Positions 52,130-64,000 of a stretch of DNA of 64,000 nt are shown piece after piece. The stretch comes from Octopus bimaculoides. Taxonomy: Eukaryota. The DNA lies in the NCBI RefSeq assembly GCF_001194135.2, contig NC_068982.1, positions 150,963,942 through 151,027,941 of the forward strand, in the 5' to 3' direction. Made by a program: the position numbers and the translations under genes. A model generated the notes under the pieces. The model was given only the letters and a program-made list of their open reading frames with translations. It did not search any database and was not told where the DNA came from. The number at the start of each line of letters is the position of its first letter. Positions within the stretch are counted from its first letter, which is position 1.

Positions 52130-52743
52130 AAAAAAAAGAAGGAAACAATAAAGAATAAAAATGGGATTAAGTGCAGTGAATTATTTCTGTAAACACCCAC
52201 CTGTATGTTAAACTTTTCAATCCTAGCAATCCTACTCTTGCTCACACCACCTTGTCCATACTAGCATGATTTCTTATGCCCTTTATCTACATCATATACA
52301 TCCTTAACACAAGCATTGTAAATAAGACAGTGTGACATCTATGTCTTTCTTAAAGACATTAGCTTATAAGTGAAATAAATACATCTGAGAACTGAACTAG
52401 ATCTATGCGCTGTAAATGTTAGTCTTGTGAGGTTGCAAAGAATATAACGTTTCAGAAGCCTGTTTACAAGCCAGCCTGATGCTGTTGATATATACTCGGT
52501 ATAATGAAAGAGTCCATCATATTGTAAAACAACCTTATCATGTGATAGAACTCAAACGAAAATAGTGTATAGTGCATACTACCTCAAAAACTGATCAATT
52601 ATTAAGTACTTACCACAGAACGTATCTTACTCTGCTTTTCACAATTTGTAGAAGCCATGATTTAGTGGTGTTCTGGTAAATATAAAGATGTTCATCTAAG
52701 ATAGAGAAACAAATGTAGTGAGTGGGGGAGAAGGAGATGTGGT

Positions 52744-52793
<50 letters not shown>

Positions 52794-53586
52794 AAGAAGA
52801 ATAAACAGTGCTAACTATTTGTTTGTTTATTTCTGTCTGGATGGAAAGTAAAATAGATACTAATGGTCAAAATAGACATCAAGTCTCCTGTTTTATTAGT
52901 TTCTTGTAAGAAATAGATAATCATGTATCTTCTAACTCAAATTAATTTGTCAAATATACTAAAATACATTACTGGTATTTAGTTTACTGACTTCTTGGAG
53001 AATATAAGAAAATGGATTCAATAGTTCAAAAGTTTGAAGTATGAAACTTTATTAACAGATCAATTAATCAACTGTAATCTAACTTTCTATTTTCCAAAAT
53101 GAAACAGTGTCTTACTTGATATAATGCTAGGCAGCTAAACACAATGACGATTTTCTTCATTGACTTGCTATCATTGTCTAGGTAGCTGAACACAACATAT
53201 TACAATAATATTCTAATTGTATTGCTATTCTGACATATAGTACTAAGGTGATATTCTGTGCTCTAGCATGCTATACCAATGTTCTATTTATCATGGTATT
53301 CTGAATTAGTGTTCTCTGTGTATGTATGTATAGTTGGATATGTTAACATCAAAGTCAAAGATTTACTAATGGGGACAGCGATTATATATCCCATGAGGAG
53401 ATACAACTAGATTTTATTATACAGGTAAACTGTTGCTTAATTTAAATCCTGTGTATATGTGGATCCATGTATTGAAACATGTGTAATGTTTATTAAATAA
53501 CTGTCTAAACATACTCATTCTTGACTCTATTCAATTTATATATATATCGTTTAACGTCCGCTTTCCATGCTAGCATGGGTTGGACA

Positions 53587-53620
<34 letters not shown>

Positions 53621-53688
53621 NNNNNNNNNNNNNNNNNNNNNNNNNNNNNNNNNNNNNNNNNNNNNNNNNNNNNNNNNNNNNNNNNNNN

Positions 53689-54017
53689 CCAATGCCAGAT
53701 GGCACGTGTAAAGACATTCAAGCGAGATCATTGCCAGTGCTGCCGAACTGGCTCCTGCGCAGGTGGCACATAAAATACACTATTTTGAGTGTGGCCGTTG
53801 CCAGTACCGCCTGACTGGCCTTCGTGCCGGTGGCACTTAAAAGCACCTACTACACTCTTGGAGTAGTTGGCGTTAGGAAGAGCGTCCAGCTGTAGAAACT
53901 CTGCCAAATCAGATTGGAGCCTGGTGTAGCCATCTGGTTTCACCAGTCCTCAGTCAAATTGTTCAACCCATGCTAGCATGGAAGGCGGACGTTAAACGAC
54001 GATGATGATGATGATGA
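53689..54017 (+). mobile_element. RTE-type 3' UTR and tail (left arm of a palindrome)
   Basis: Hairpin units, tail motifs and (GAT)n. Confidence 0.87.
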
Positions 54018-54208
54018 TCATCATCATCATCGTTTAACGTCAGCTTTCCATGCTGGCATGGATTGGACGGTTTGACTGAGGACTGGTGAACCAGATGGCT
54101 ACACCAGGCTCCAATCTGATCTGGCAGAGTTTCTACAGCTGGATGCCTTTCCTTATGCCAACTACTCTGAGAGTATAGTGGGTGCTTTTACGTGCCACCG
54201 GCATGAGG
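54018..54208 (-). mobile_element. RTE-type tail (right arm of a palindrome)
   Basis: Reverse complement of 53820-54017 with scattered substitutions. Confidence 0.87.
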
Positions 54209-56039
54209 GATGTATATGTATGTGTGTGTGTGTGTGTGTATATACATATAATTACATTATTTAACATAGCCTTCTTTTCAAAGACAGTATGGTGCTATTT
54301 AAAAGATTTGGAAGCTATTTCTTGCAGATCAAACAACCACATGGAACCTCCCTTGTTTGTTTTGTTAAGTGTCTGTTTTATAGTTAGATAATTCCAAGTG
54401 CAGTGAATTACTTCAGTGAAGTAGCCATTTCGGTAATTGTACTAGGACAATTACTGAATGAATTTTTGAAGAACCTATTCTATCAAGATAGATTGCTTCA
54501 TTATATGTTAAGAACAGCCAGCTCTTCCCATATGTCCAGTAACGTGTGTGACATTGTTTGCTAAAAGTTAGTGATGACGATAGAAATTTAGAATGTGTTG
54601 CCTTGATTTAAGTGAAATAAATCTAAAGAATGATAAAAGGCCTGGCAATAGTAATTGGTCGAGAAAGTAAAGAAATTGTAAAAGACAAATGCAATGGTAG
54701 CTTTGCTGAACTTGCTACAAAATTTCAGAAATTGAGTAAATAAGCAATGTTTATATATTAGCTTTTGCTGAAATAAGTATCACATAATTTCAAGAACTTT
54801 TTGTGTGGATTCCATTGAAGATTCTAAGGAAGTTAAGCTTCAATGAAATTTATTAGAGAGTCTTATATTTATTTAAAAATGGATTTCAAGCTGAATGTAG
54901 AGAAAAGGAATTGAAGTTAGTGGTGAAATGTATTAATTTCATTTGGGAGACAACTAGATTGTTATAAATCTATTTTCTTTCAAGATGGCAGAGTAGTGTG
55001 AAAGAAACTAATATGGGAAGCTGTCTAAAATGATCCAGCTATTCTCCTGATGTCTCGAGCACTCAGCAGTGACATTGTTTAATAATATCTATTACACTGT
55101 AAATCCTTTTTAAGAAAATCAGTAGATTAAGTTAAGGTTTCATGGGAACAGTAAGGGGAATTCTATCATAACCTGTGTCAAGTCATCAGCTTCACCAAGT
55201 GGTGGGGTGATGATGATGCAATGTTGTCTAATAATGCTAGAGATTTCTTATTATTTCTATAAGGGTAATGAATGAGGGACATTACAAAGTGCAGGGGATT
55301 AATTCAGTGTAGTGAAAATGACAAATGGAAAACAGTATGAAAGATATTTTATATATGTCCTTATCAAGGCATGTCTAAGCATCGCCACCACCACCACCAC
55401 CACAAGGTGGTGTTGGTGTTGGTGGTAGTAAGTGGTGATGATGATGATGCAACACAGTAAAATACTGTCTGAGGCTTTCTTTTATTTCAAGAAGTCTAGT
55501 GAATGAGAGACAATACAAAGTATAAAATAATGGTGGATTTATATCCTTGTAGTAGAAATAAATGGAAAATAATATGAAATATATTTTATATATGTCCCAA
55601 TCAGGACACATTTAAACAGTAACAGCAGCAGCAGTAGCAGCCACTGCACTGCTATTGCTACTACATTTATTAGGGTGGAGGAATGGAGTGCCAGATTAGA
55701 TTCCTTGCTTTATTTAATTATGTCCTTTTATAGTCTAACTTTAAGTCCCACTGAGATTGACTTTGCTTTTCATCTCTCAAGGAACAATGAGATAAATATC
55801 AGTCATGGACTGGGGCCAATTAAATCCATTACAAATTGTGATCAGCAACAAAGCAAGAAATTGACAAGACAGTCCCACCAAAATTTGTGACTTTGTGTCT
55901 CTCAAACTCATCATTAACTCTTTCAAGTAATACTTAATGAAGGTTAGGTGTGAGACAAGTGCTATACTCGAGTAAATTTTATGAAAGTTGAGTGAGGGGA
56001 GCAGAGTAAGCATTATGCGGATGAGAGGATCGAAGCTTT

Positions 56040-56400
56040 AGCAGAAGTTATGAGTTAGACACTAGCAAAATAGATTGTTTCCAATGTTTGGAAAGTTTCA
56101 TACAAGAAGTTAATAGCTTTAAAAGTACTGAAGCTAGAATAAGAAAAGGGTGGAAAGTTCAGGGAACTATTACTTTTACTGGTGCAAGGAGCATTCCCTC
56201 TCTGAGGGTCCTTGCCTTCACTATTCTAAGGAATTTCCATGTGTTTAAGGCTCTATGATCAAAAGGTGGACAGAAGAAAGAACAATGATGGAAAGACCAA
56301 GGTGAGTAGGTGAAGTGAGTGAGAGTATGCCTGAGAGAAACACAGACTGGAGTAAAAGGTAGAGAATGGAACAATGAAATAGTGATGGTGCTGGAGGGAG
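56040..56400 (-). mobile_element. Decayed CR1-group LINE 3' end
   Basis: SFF..RALNTW.. C-terminal pattern. Confidence 0.4.
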
Positions 56401-57189
56401 TAAAAGAAGAGAGGCAGTGGTGGGAGCTACAATTTTTAGTTGTGTGTGAGAGAGAGATTAAGTGGTGGATGGGTGAAGGTAAGAGAAAGTGTTAGATGTA
56501 AATACCAAGTGACCAGAATGGTCTGGCAGTGTAGAAAGGGTGAGGGTAGTATGTGTAAGACATAAACAGATTGAATGCAATTCCTCATAATAGGTGTTTT
56601 GAGAGAAGAGTGATAAGAGTGTGCACAAGTCCAATTCTATTTCTTGTTACATGGGTGGTATGGTGCAGGGAATAGATTAGTGATAATTAGAGTGAGAGTG
56701 ATAGGTGTCAGTAACAAGTAGCTTAGGGAAGAGAGAATAGTAGCTGGCAACACAGAGTGATGGTAGAGTGCATTGGATATGAATAAATCAGACAATATAT
56801 CTTATATATTTTGATGATAGAGTGATAAAAGTGGTGGTAGATTATGTACAGGCCTAATGTCACTCCTCATTACAGAGGTAGCATGGTATAGTGAACAGGA
56901 GAAAAGGTGTCAGAAGCATGAGCAGTTTAGACATATCAAGCATATCAAATGTCATTCCTAGCTAGTTGGGTAGTATGGTACAATGCACAAGAGAAATCCA
57001 TTGCTAACCTTTGTTACACAGGTAACATGGTACAGTGAATAGGAGAAAGGTGAGAGAAATGTGAGAGATAGAGATAGAGTACATCAGTGACAGAGTGATA
57101 AAGGATAGAGGTGAGAGAGTATCAAAGAGGTGGGAGAGGGTTTAGAAGATGGAGGCTTAATAAGGATGTTCTTGGTAAAAGACCTAAAT

Positions 57190-57206
57190 GTATGCGTGTG
57201 TGTATA

Positions 57207-57242
<36 letters not shown>

Positions 57243-57453
57243 TGTATGTATGTATGTATATATATATATATATATAATGTATATATATATATATGTGTAT
57301 ATATATGTATATATATGCATATATATGTATATGTATGTATTTATATATGCGTATATATATATATATGTATATATTATATATGAATATATGATATATGTAT
57401 ATATATATGAATATATGTATATGTATGTATTTATATATGTATGTATATATGCG

Positions 57454-57490
<37 letters not shown>

Positions 57491-57591
57491 TATATATGAA
57501 TATATGATATATGTATATATATATGAATATATGTATATGTATGTATTTATATATGTATGTATATATGCGTATATATATATATATATATATA
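57190..57591. repeat. Long compound (TA)n/(TATG)n microsatellite with higher-order repetition
   Basis: Direct reading; ends in an N gap. Confidence 0.95.
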
Positions 57592-57734
57592 NNNNNNNNN
57601 NNNNNNNNNNNNNNNNNNNNNNNNNNNNNNNNNNNNNNNNNNNNNNNNNNNNNNNNNNNNNNNNNNNNNNNNNNNNNNNNNNNNNNNNNNNNNNNNNNNN
57701 NNNNNNNNNNNNNNNNNNNNNNNNNNNNNNNNNN

Positions 57735-57973
57735 TGCGGGTGGCACATAAAAGACACCATTTCGAGCGTGGCCATTTTTGTGCGGGTGACACGTAAAAGC
57801 ACCCACTACACTCTCTGAGTGGTTGGCGTTAGGAAGGGCATCCAGCTGTAGAAACTCTGCCAAATTAGATTGGAGCCTGGCGTTGCTATCCGGTTTCACC
57901 AGTCCTCAGTCAAATCGTCCAACCCATGCTAGCATGGAAAGCGGACGTTAAACGATGATGATGATGATGATGA
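57735..57973 (+). mobile_element. Young RTE-type 3' UTR and tail
   Basis: Tail motifs, CpGs retained. Confidence 0.85.
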
Positions 57974-58049
57974 TATATGTATGTATGAATATATATCTGT
58001 AAGTATATATAAATATATATATATACTTCTTAGACTCCATCATTACCAC

Positions 58050-60280
58050 CATGTTGACATTCAGTTCATCGTGCTTGCACAAGTGGATGTTTTTTCTAGC
58101 AAAGGGTTGTGATACTGTCAACCATCAGTCCTTTGCCATCTCCTTCATAAGGCTCAGCATCCTAAGGTCAGTTTTCACCACCTCATTCCATGACTTTGTA
58201 GGTCTCCCAGTGCTGCTTTATGCAGTTGTAATCTCCAGTATCTACCACATACTTATATTAGCAACTTTCCCTCTTGTGCATTATACCAGATTCTGCTAAT
58301 GTTCACTTTCTCTCTTAGATTGTGCTGTGTTGTTCATGTACACTAACACTATTCATCCAGTGAATCATGCTTGCTTCATTTTTTTCTAATTATTGCATTC
58401 AAGGCCTATGCCTCACAAACATGCACATACATCAACAACTCCTTGAACTTTTTCTAGCCCATTCTTACTCTGGCTACTATGCTTTCAGAACACCCATTGC
58501 CACTACTAATTAGGTCACATAGGTACCAAAAGCTATCAACTATTTGTTGTGGTTGCCCAGACATTTGAGAGAACCTGTTTTACAGTTGCTCTTTAGTGCT
58601 TACTGCATCTCTGTATATGAAATCTACCTTTCCATTTAGCTTTTCACTGATTCTGTATCTTTTATACATGCATGGTATGCAATGGATATGGAATTTTTAC
58701 CCATGCCTTTTCTGCATATGAAGCATGACCATTTCCTTGATAATGATAAGGTCCTGTCTTCTTTTCTACTTAGTAAAACTTTACCCTTTGCAAAGTTTAC
58801 TGTGAAGCATCTTGAGTCTAGGTTTTGCTTCCATATCTGAGATTTCTTCTAAACATCTTTGACGCATCTATAAGAACTAGGCCAGCAATGTCATTTTAAA
58901 CTCATCACTGTACTCAGTGCTATCACTCACCAAGCTAACTGCACATGAATTGTACACTCAACAAAATTCACTCAGCTGCTCTTAGTTTCCTTAACAACTG
59001 CCAGACTATAGAGTGTGGAATTCTGTCAAAGACTTTCTGCAGGCTGACAAACATTACATAGAAGGGCTTATTCTTAGCAGAGTACTTCTGCATTTGTCTC
59101 TTCAGAAAGAGGGCATCAGTAGTTCTTGTTCTTGGCACAAACCCACACAGCATCTTAGTGAAGCTAATTCTATACTTAATCAGCTGCACTTGATGCTTTT
59201 ATAGTTCCTCTCCCTAGTGCATCTCTACTGCTCTGGTAGCAGTTGACAATGATAATACCATATCAGACATCTTGTAATACCTAATTGACTATGCATGTGA
59301 CTAGTGCATGACTGCCTCACCAGATATTTTTAGTCTCTCAGCGACAATATTTGCCTTCTTAGCTTTCATAACCTTCATTGTTTAATCTACCATACAGCTG
59401 TCAGCTTCAACGGGTGCTCCGCTATTGAGTCTACTGAGGTAAACTCTCTTTCCCATGCATTCTCCCTGTTTAACAGTCTCTCATAATAGTACTTCTATGT
59501 CTCTTTTATGTATTATTAAGGGCTAGTGCACTGATATCATTTTGAATGTTATTCTCTCCAATGATATCTCAACCTTTTCTGACACTGTTTTGCATGCATG
59601 GAAGATGGACGTTAAATGATGATGATGAATATCTTATACTTCTGCTCCTTATGGTTCAGAATATGTACCAATATACTGTTTTTTGTGTCACCCCTAGCTA
59701 AGCATACTTGATATTTAGCTTCTCTTTAGCCACTTGAAATGGGTCTCTAGCATGCTTTCTCATCCAAGCCTGTCCATTGTGCTTCACTCATTCCAAGCCT
59801 GTCTCTTAAGTTGTATGTTCCTATCTGTAGCATTACTCCACTTCTATCTCACCTTCTGTCTTGCTGGGACCTTGATCAGTTTCAGATCTAGGCAGTAATC
59901 CTCAGTAGATTGTTTTGCAGGAATTCCTAGTTTACCTCTATAAATTTCAGTTCCCTCATTGTCTCATCTTTCATGGACATCAACTAAGGCTCTTTCAGCT
60001 TCTATAACTCCCTTCTTCAAATTTTTGTTTTTGTTTTTTGACCATCTAGATTAGTGACTTCTGAAGTCACTAATCACTAATATTGTACATTCATCACAGG
60101 AGAAAGACTTAGCAATTACAACCATCAGGTTACCTCATTTCCTGGTAAGAATAAAGTCTCTCTGGTTTGTGTGTTCAGTTGGCAGGAAGAAGAGCAGGTC
60201 ACTGGCCAGTTTCTTGGAGTTTGTATTGCTTAGGTCATTTACATCCAGGTCTACATAAGCATTGACCTTGCCTCATTCCT
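58050..60280 (-). mobile_element. Old, decayed RTE LINE (endonuclease C-terminus, linker, RT, C-terminus)
   Basis: Minus-strand remnants: DFILTR-like APE end near 60150, GFVPRTRTTDALF..KYSAKNKP..KVFDRIP (58968-59189), and a C-terminus like the other RTE copies. Confidence 0.75.
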
Positions 60281-60837
60281 TGTACCATACCTATACCCAC
60301 CAAGTATGCCATGAATGTGAGAGTATGTGTATTGCCAACACACATATAAACATATATGCTTGTATTTGTATATATTCATTATATGCAGATATACAAAGTA
60401 TTCTGTTGTAGAGCTGTACAAAACAGCAGAATGTCCTTAGATGCCAAAAAATCAGCTTGAACTTGCAACCCAACAGTGGAAGTATTTACAAGGGAACAAT
60501 GGCCCAAAAGATAGCACTGTTGGAACTATAAAAGGCTGAATGATAAAGGTCACTTTTAAATAAACTTGTCATGTATAGGTTAAATTCAAACCTCTCTCTT
60601 AGCTGTCATGCGTTAGGTGGCATTGTGGTGGGAGGTAGTGGAAGAGAGAAATTAAGAGATAATAAGGTGAAAATGAAGCCAGGTGTTGAAAGGTATGATC
60701 AGAGCAATGTAAGAAGTCTGAAGTTAATGAGTTTGTAAAATGCTGTGGTTGACAGTTATATACATACATGTATGTATAAACACATACATCATCGTGAGCA
60801 TACCCCACTCTCTCTCTCTGTATATATGTATATATTC

Positions 60838-61135
60838 TTTTATCCTTTAACTTGTTTCAGTTAGGGTTTTAGTCAAAGAAATAGACCAAAGGACTTATTC
60901 TTTGTAAGTCTGGTACTTTTTCTATTGGTCTCTTTGGCTGAAGTTATGGGGACATAAACACATCAGCATTGGTTGTCAAGCGATGGAGTTGTGGGACTTC
61001 AGACATACACGCATAAATACACACACACACAAACATATATATATATATACATACACACACACACACACACACAAACATATATATATATACATACACACAC
61101 ACACAATGGGCTTCTTTCAGTTTCCATCTATATAT
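60838..61135 (-). mobile_element. SINE family B copy, internally deleted (another piece at 15826-15965)
   Basis: Same motifs as the other family B copies. Confidence 0.75.
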
Positions 61136-61418
61136 ACATATATGCTTGTATTTGTCTATCTGTAAACATTCTTTCAGTTTCCGTCACAAGGCTTTGGTCG
61201 GCACGACACTATATATACGCCTTCAAAACGTGGAGTAGATGGACAGGGACAACTGATGAAGGGAAATATTCTTTATGTTGCATGTCTCGTTTCTGTTTTT
61301 TTTTTTGTTGTTTGAAAAAAAGTTCGTTTTCTGTTTTCGTTTCTCATTGCGTTTAACGTTTTTTTGTGATGTCCTGTACCCATATATGTATGGATATGTA
61401 CATATATGTATGGATATA

Positions 61419-61486
<68 letters not shown>

Positions 61487-61488
<2 letters not shown>

Positions 61489-61705
61489 TCTTTATTGCCC
61501 ACAGGGGGCTAAACGTAGAGAGGACAAACAAGGGGATAAAGTCGATTACATCGACCCCAATGCGTAACTGGTACTTAATTTAATCGATCCCGAAAGGATG
61601 AAAGTTAACGTCGACCTGGGCGGAATTTGAACTTAGAACGTAACGACAGAAGAAATACCGTTAAGCATTTCGCCCGGCGTGCTAACGTTTCTGCCAGCTC
61701 GCCGT
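61487..61705 (-). mobile_element. SINE family A copy next to (TA)n
   Basis: Reverse complement of the 10220 copy; CpGs retained. Confidence 0.87.
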
Positions 61706-61992
61706 CTATATATTGAAATGAGATTTCAATTCGCAATTACTTAGAAATCTTGTTACAATCCTTTATTCTATAGGCGCAAAGGATAAAATTTTGAAGGCGG
61801 AGGTGGGTAAGTCGATTACATCATTCGCAGTGCCCAACTGGTACCAATTTCATCGCAACCTAAAAGGATGAAAGCAAAGTCGACCACGGCAGAATTTGAA
61901 CTCAGAATGTAAAGACGAATGAAATATATTTGTTCTGCCAGTTTACCATCTTGTGACTTTTCAGCATTTACATAAATATTACTGATGCATAC

Positions 61993-62096
61993 ACATATAT
62001 ATAAAACTGTATACATACATTCTTGATGATGTTTACAGACACAACTACTTGCACATACATTCTTGATGATGTTTACAGACACAACTACTTGCACAC
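61993..62096 (+). repeat. 40-bp tandem duplication
   Basis: ACATACATTCTTGATGATGTTTACAGACACAACTACTTGC occurs twice. Confidence 0.85.
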
Positions 62097-63499
62097 ACAA
62101 TTAAATGTGTTCGTACATATTCATATATATTACCTACATATATCTGAAACCTTTCATGTACATGAGTGTCCATCTCCGCTCACCTTCAAATCCAAGCTTG
62201 CACGTATGTGCGCACACATTTGCATTCAAATACATACACATATTTATATCAATATATTCCACATAAACGCATTGTTACTCACACCTACAGATACACACCT
62301 GTACGTACACAAATTTATATTAAAAGCACACCAATACACTTGAGTATGTAACAGAGATACATAAAAGGGAACAAGTAAACAAGGCGAGAAAACAAAAAAC
62401 CGGTGTTCTTCAAATGAAATCCTTTATGATATTTGTTCTACTCTGAGTTACAGACATTTGTCATTCTCCCCATCAAAAATGGAATGGACCACTAATAGAC
62501 TTACAGGAAATTTGTAACTAACGATGCTATTGTTCACTAAATGTAATATAAAACAAATAAATAGGTCTGCTCAATCAAGGCTTACCTGGGGTTCAACAGC
62601 AACAACCCAGTAATTTACGAAGATTGACTAAAGTGAAATTAATGTTTCTGGCCAAATTCCCCACTGACACGATGAATAATAACAATACATTCTGCAAACA
62701 GAAATGCGAGATAATTAATTAATAGTGATAATCACAACAGAGAGAGACAGAGAGGAAAATATTTTGCGGCAATCGAAAGATTGCCTATTTTGCAATACAA
62801 CTTTTATACATGATCAGACGGTAGAACATCGTACCTAATTGGAGTGTTGTTTTTATTAGTGTTGTGAGGATCGCAGGTTCAAATCCCTCTGTGAATATCA
62901 TTGCGAGCCAACATCGGAGTTATTGTGTGGCGGTTCGATCTGCTGGAAATAGCAGTCAAACCTCACTCTACCGTCTTAAATTAAGAAATTGATATGACAG
63001 GAATACGTTTGATTCATAAGTTTGTTCGACCAGACCTGATCTGGGCTAAGCAACTAAATTTATGTGATAGATTATAACAACAATTAACTTCTCAATGTAA
63101 CATAACATATATCCTCACACACACTAGCAACTATAAGCAATTGATGAGAAGAGTAGCCGTTTATATCTCTTTCCTCCGAACTTTATTTTTAAATAATTTT
63201 CTTCGTGACCCACGAAGGATGAACAGAAAAAGTAATCTGAGAAATTTGAACTCAGAACGTAAAGCGAGGTAACCAAATAGCGCAAAATAATTAGTTCGGC
63301 GCTCTGCCGACTTTAACATTTACTATTCTAAATAGAGATTAAATAACAGAAATAAGGGGGAAAAATGTACGAACTTTTAACGTCTTCTTTAGTCAAGGAA
63401 CCAAGGTGGCTGTTTGCCTGCGTATGTTAACATATGTGTGTGCGTATGTATGTATATAAATGGAAAGTCAACAAACGGTGATACAATAGTTTCAGCTTC

Positions 63500-63570
63500 T
63501 TGTTTATAACTTCATTGGGGAACCGTCGTCACTTCCGCTACTAAAAATGCAGATCAATGATTGGATGAAA
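63500..63570. promoter_or_regulatory. Candidate promoter core: ETS/CRE-half-site composite (GCGGAAGTGACG on minus, 63538-63527) between two CCAAT boxes (63514-63518, 63560-63564)
   Basis: Motifs read directly, within a ~2.5-kb CpG-retaining zone at the 5' end of the minus-strand gene. Direction of transcription not determined. Confidence 0.4.
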
Positions 63571-63608
63571 AAAAAACTGATATGGCTTTTCGTCGTTAAG
63601 GGGTTTAC

Positions 63609-63617
63609 CTTTACCAT
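63609..63617 (-). CDS. Possible short first coding exon (ATG GTA AAG | GTAAAC) of the CCDC171-like gene
   Basis: ATG followed by a consensus phase-0 donor, compatible with the phase-0 acceptor at 30597. It lies in a CpG-rich region and would imply a ~33-kb first intron. A motif this short can arise by chance. Confidence 0.25.
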
Positions 63618-64000
63618 GACGACACAAAACGCGTCTACACATGCTCTGTTATGTATAATCAGTTGTTCTCTACGAAGTTTTGCCCCGTATGAGAAATTAA
63701 TTTATGCTGTTAAAAATTCGACTATTCTTTACATTAATATTCCTCTTTTCATTTTCATTATTAATTAGAGTAAAAAAGCAAAAAAGCAAAAAAGAAAAGA
63801 AAAAAATAATTGTATTGAAAATAAAATTCGTAAACTAAGATAAGATTCATGTTAAGCTATTTATTTCTTCGAAAGAGCGAATGCATTAATCAGAAGACGT
63901 AGATTCCACAGCGTAGCGTAATATCACAAAATCTTGTCTCTCCAATGAATCTGAATCGTGTCAATTTAAAAGAGTTGTAACTTACTGAAAACAAATTGTC

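Noticed and set aside
61245-61290. CAACTGATGAAGGGA..TCTT hammerhead-like start
   Set aside because: The GAAA core is missing and stem II is imperfect; at most a degenerate PLE-type remnant.
63547-63768. 73-aa plus-strand ORF as a gene
   Set aside because: No recognisable homology or clear splice support; kept only as a possibility under the promoter finding.

Overview
AT-rich, microsatellite- and retroelement-saturated animal genomic DNA with many N gaps. SINE/RTE content and composition point to a cephalopod, most likely Octopus (inference). The only host gene I can support is the 5' part of a CCDC171-like coiled-coil gene on the minus strand. It has four phase-compatible coding exons (30540-30426, 22992-22913, 12032-11858, 5488-5376) that splice into 161 codons. 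Its introns are about 6.4-10.9 kb, and there is a CpG-rich candidate promoter near 63.5 kb. Everything else is intronic: RTE LINE fragments with (GAT)n tails, an R4/Dong-type fragment inside a (TAA)n tract, a HERO-type fragment, decayed CR1-group and Jockey/I-like LINEs, Penelope-like remnants, mariner relics, several tRNA-derived SINE families, minisatellites and foldbacks. The most unusual signal is hammerhead-ribozyme-like RNA folds in three different contexts: (i) a near-complete type I fold downstream of the HERO ORF (across an N gap), (ii) a minimal Penelope-type fold with a shared A6U core variant in three copies of a short repeat, and (iii) a minimal fold in the tail of a tRNA-headed SINE-like element. 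None can be shown to be active from sequence alone. No rRNA, intact tRNA or CRISPR array was found. Protein and family similarities below are recalled from memory, not from database searches, and repeat boundaries are approximate.
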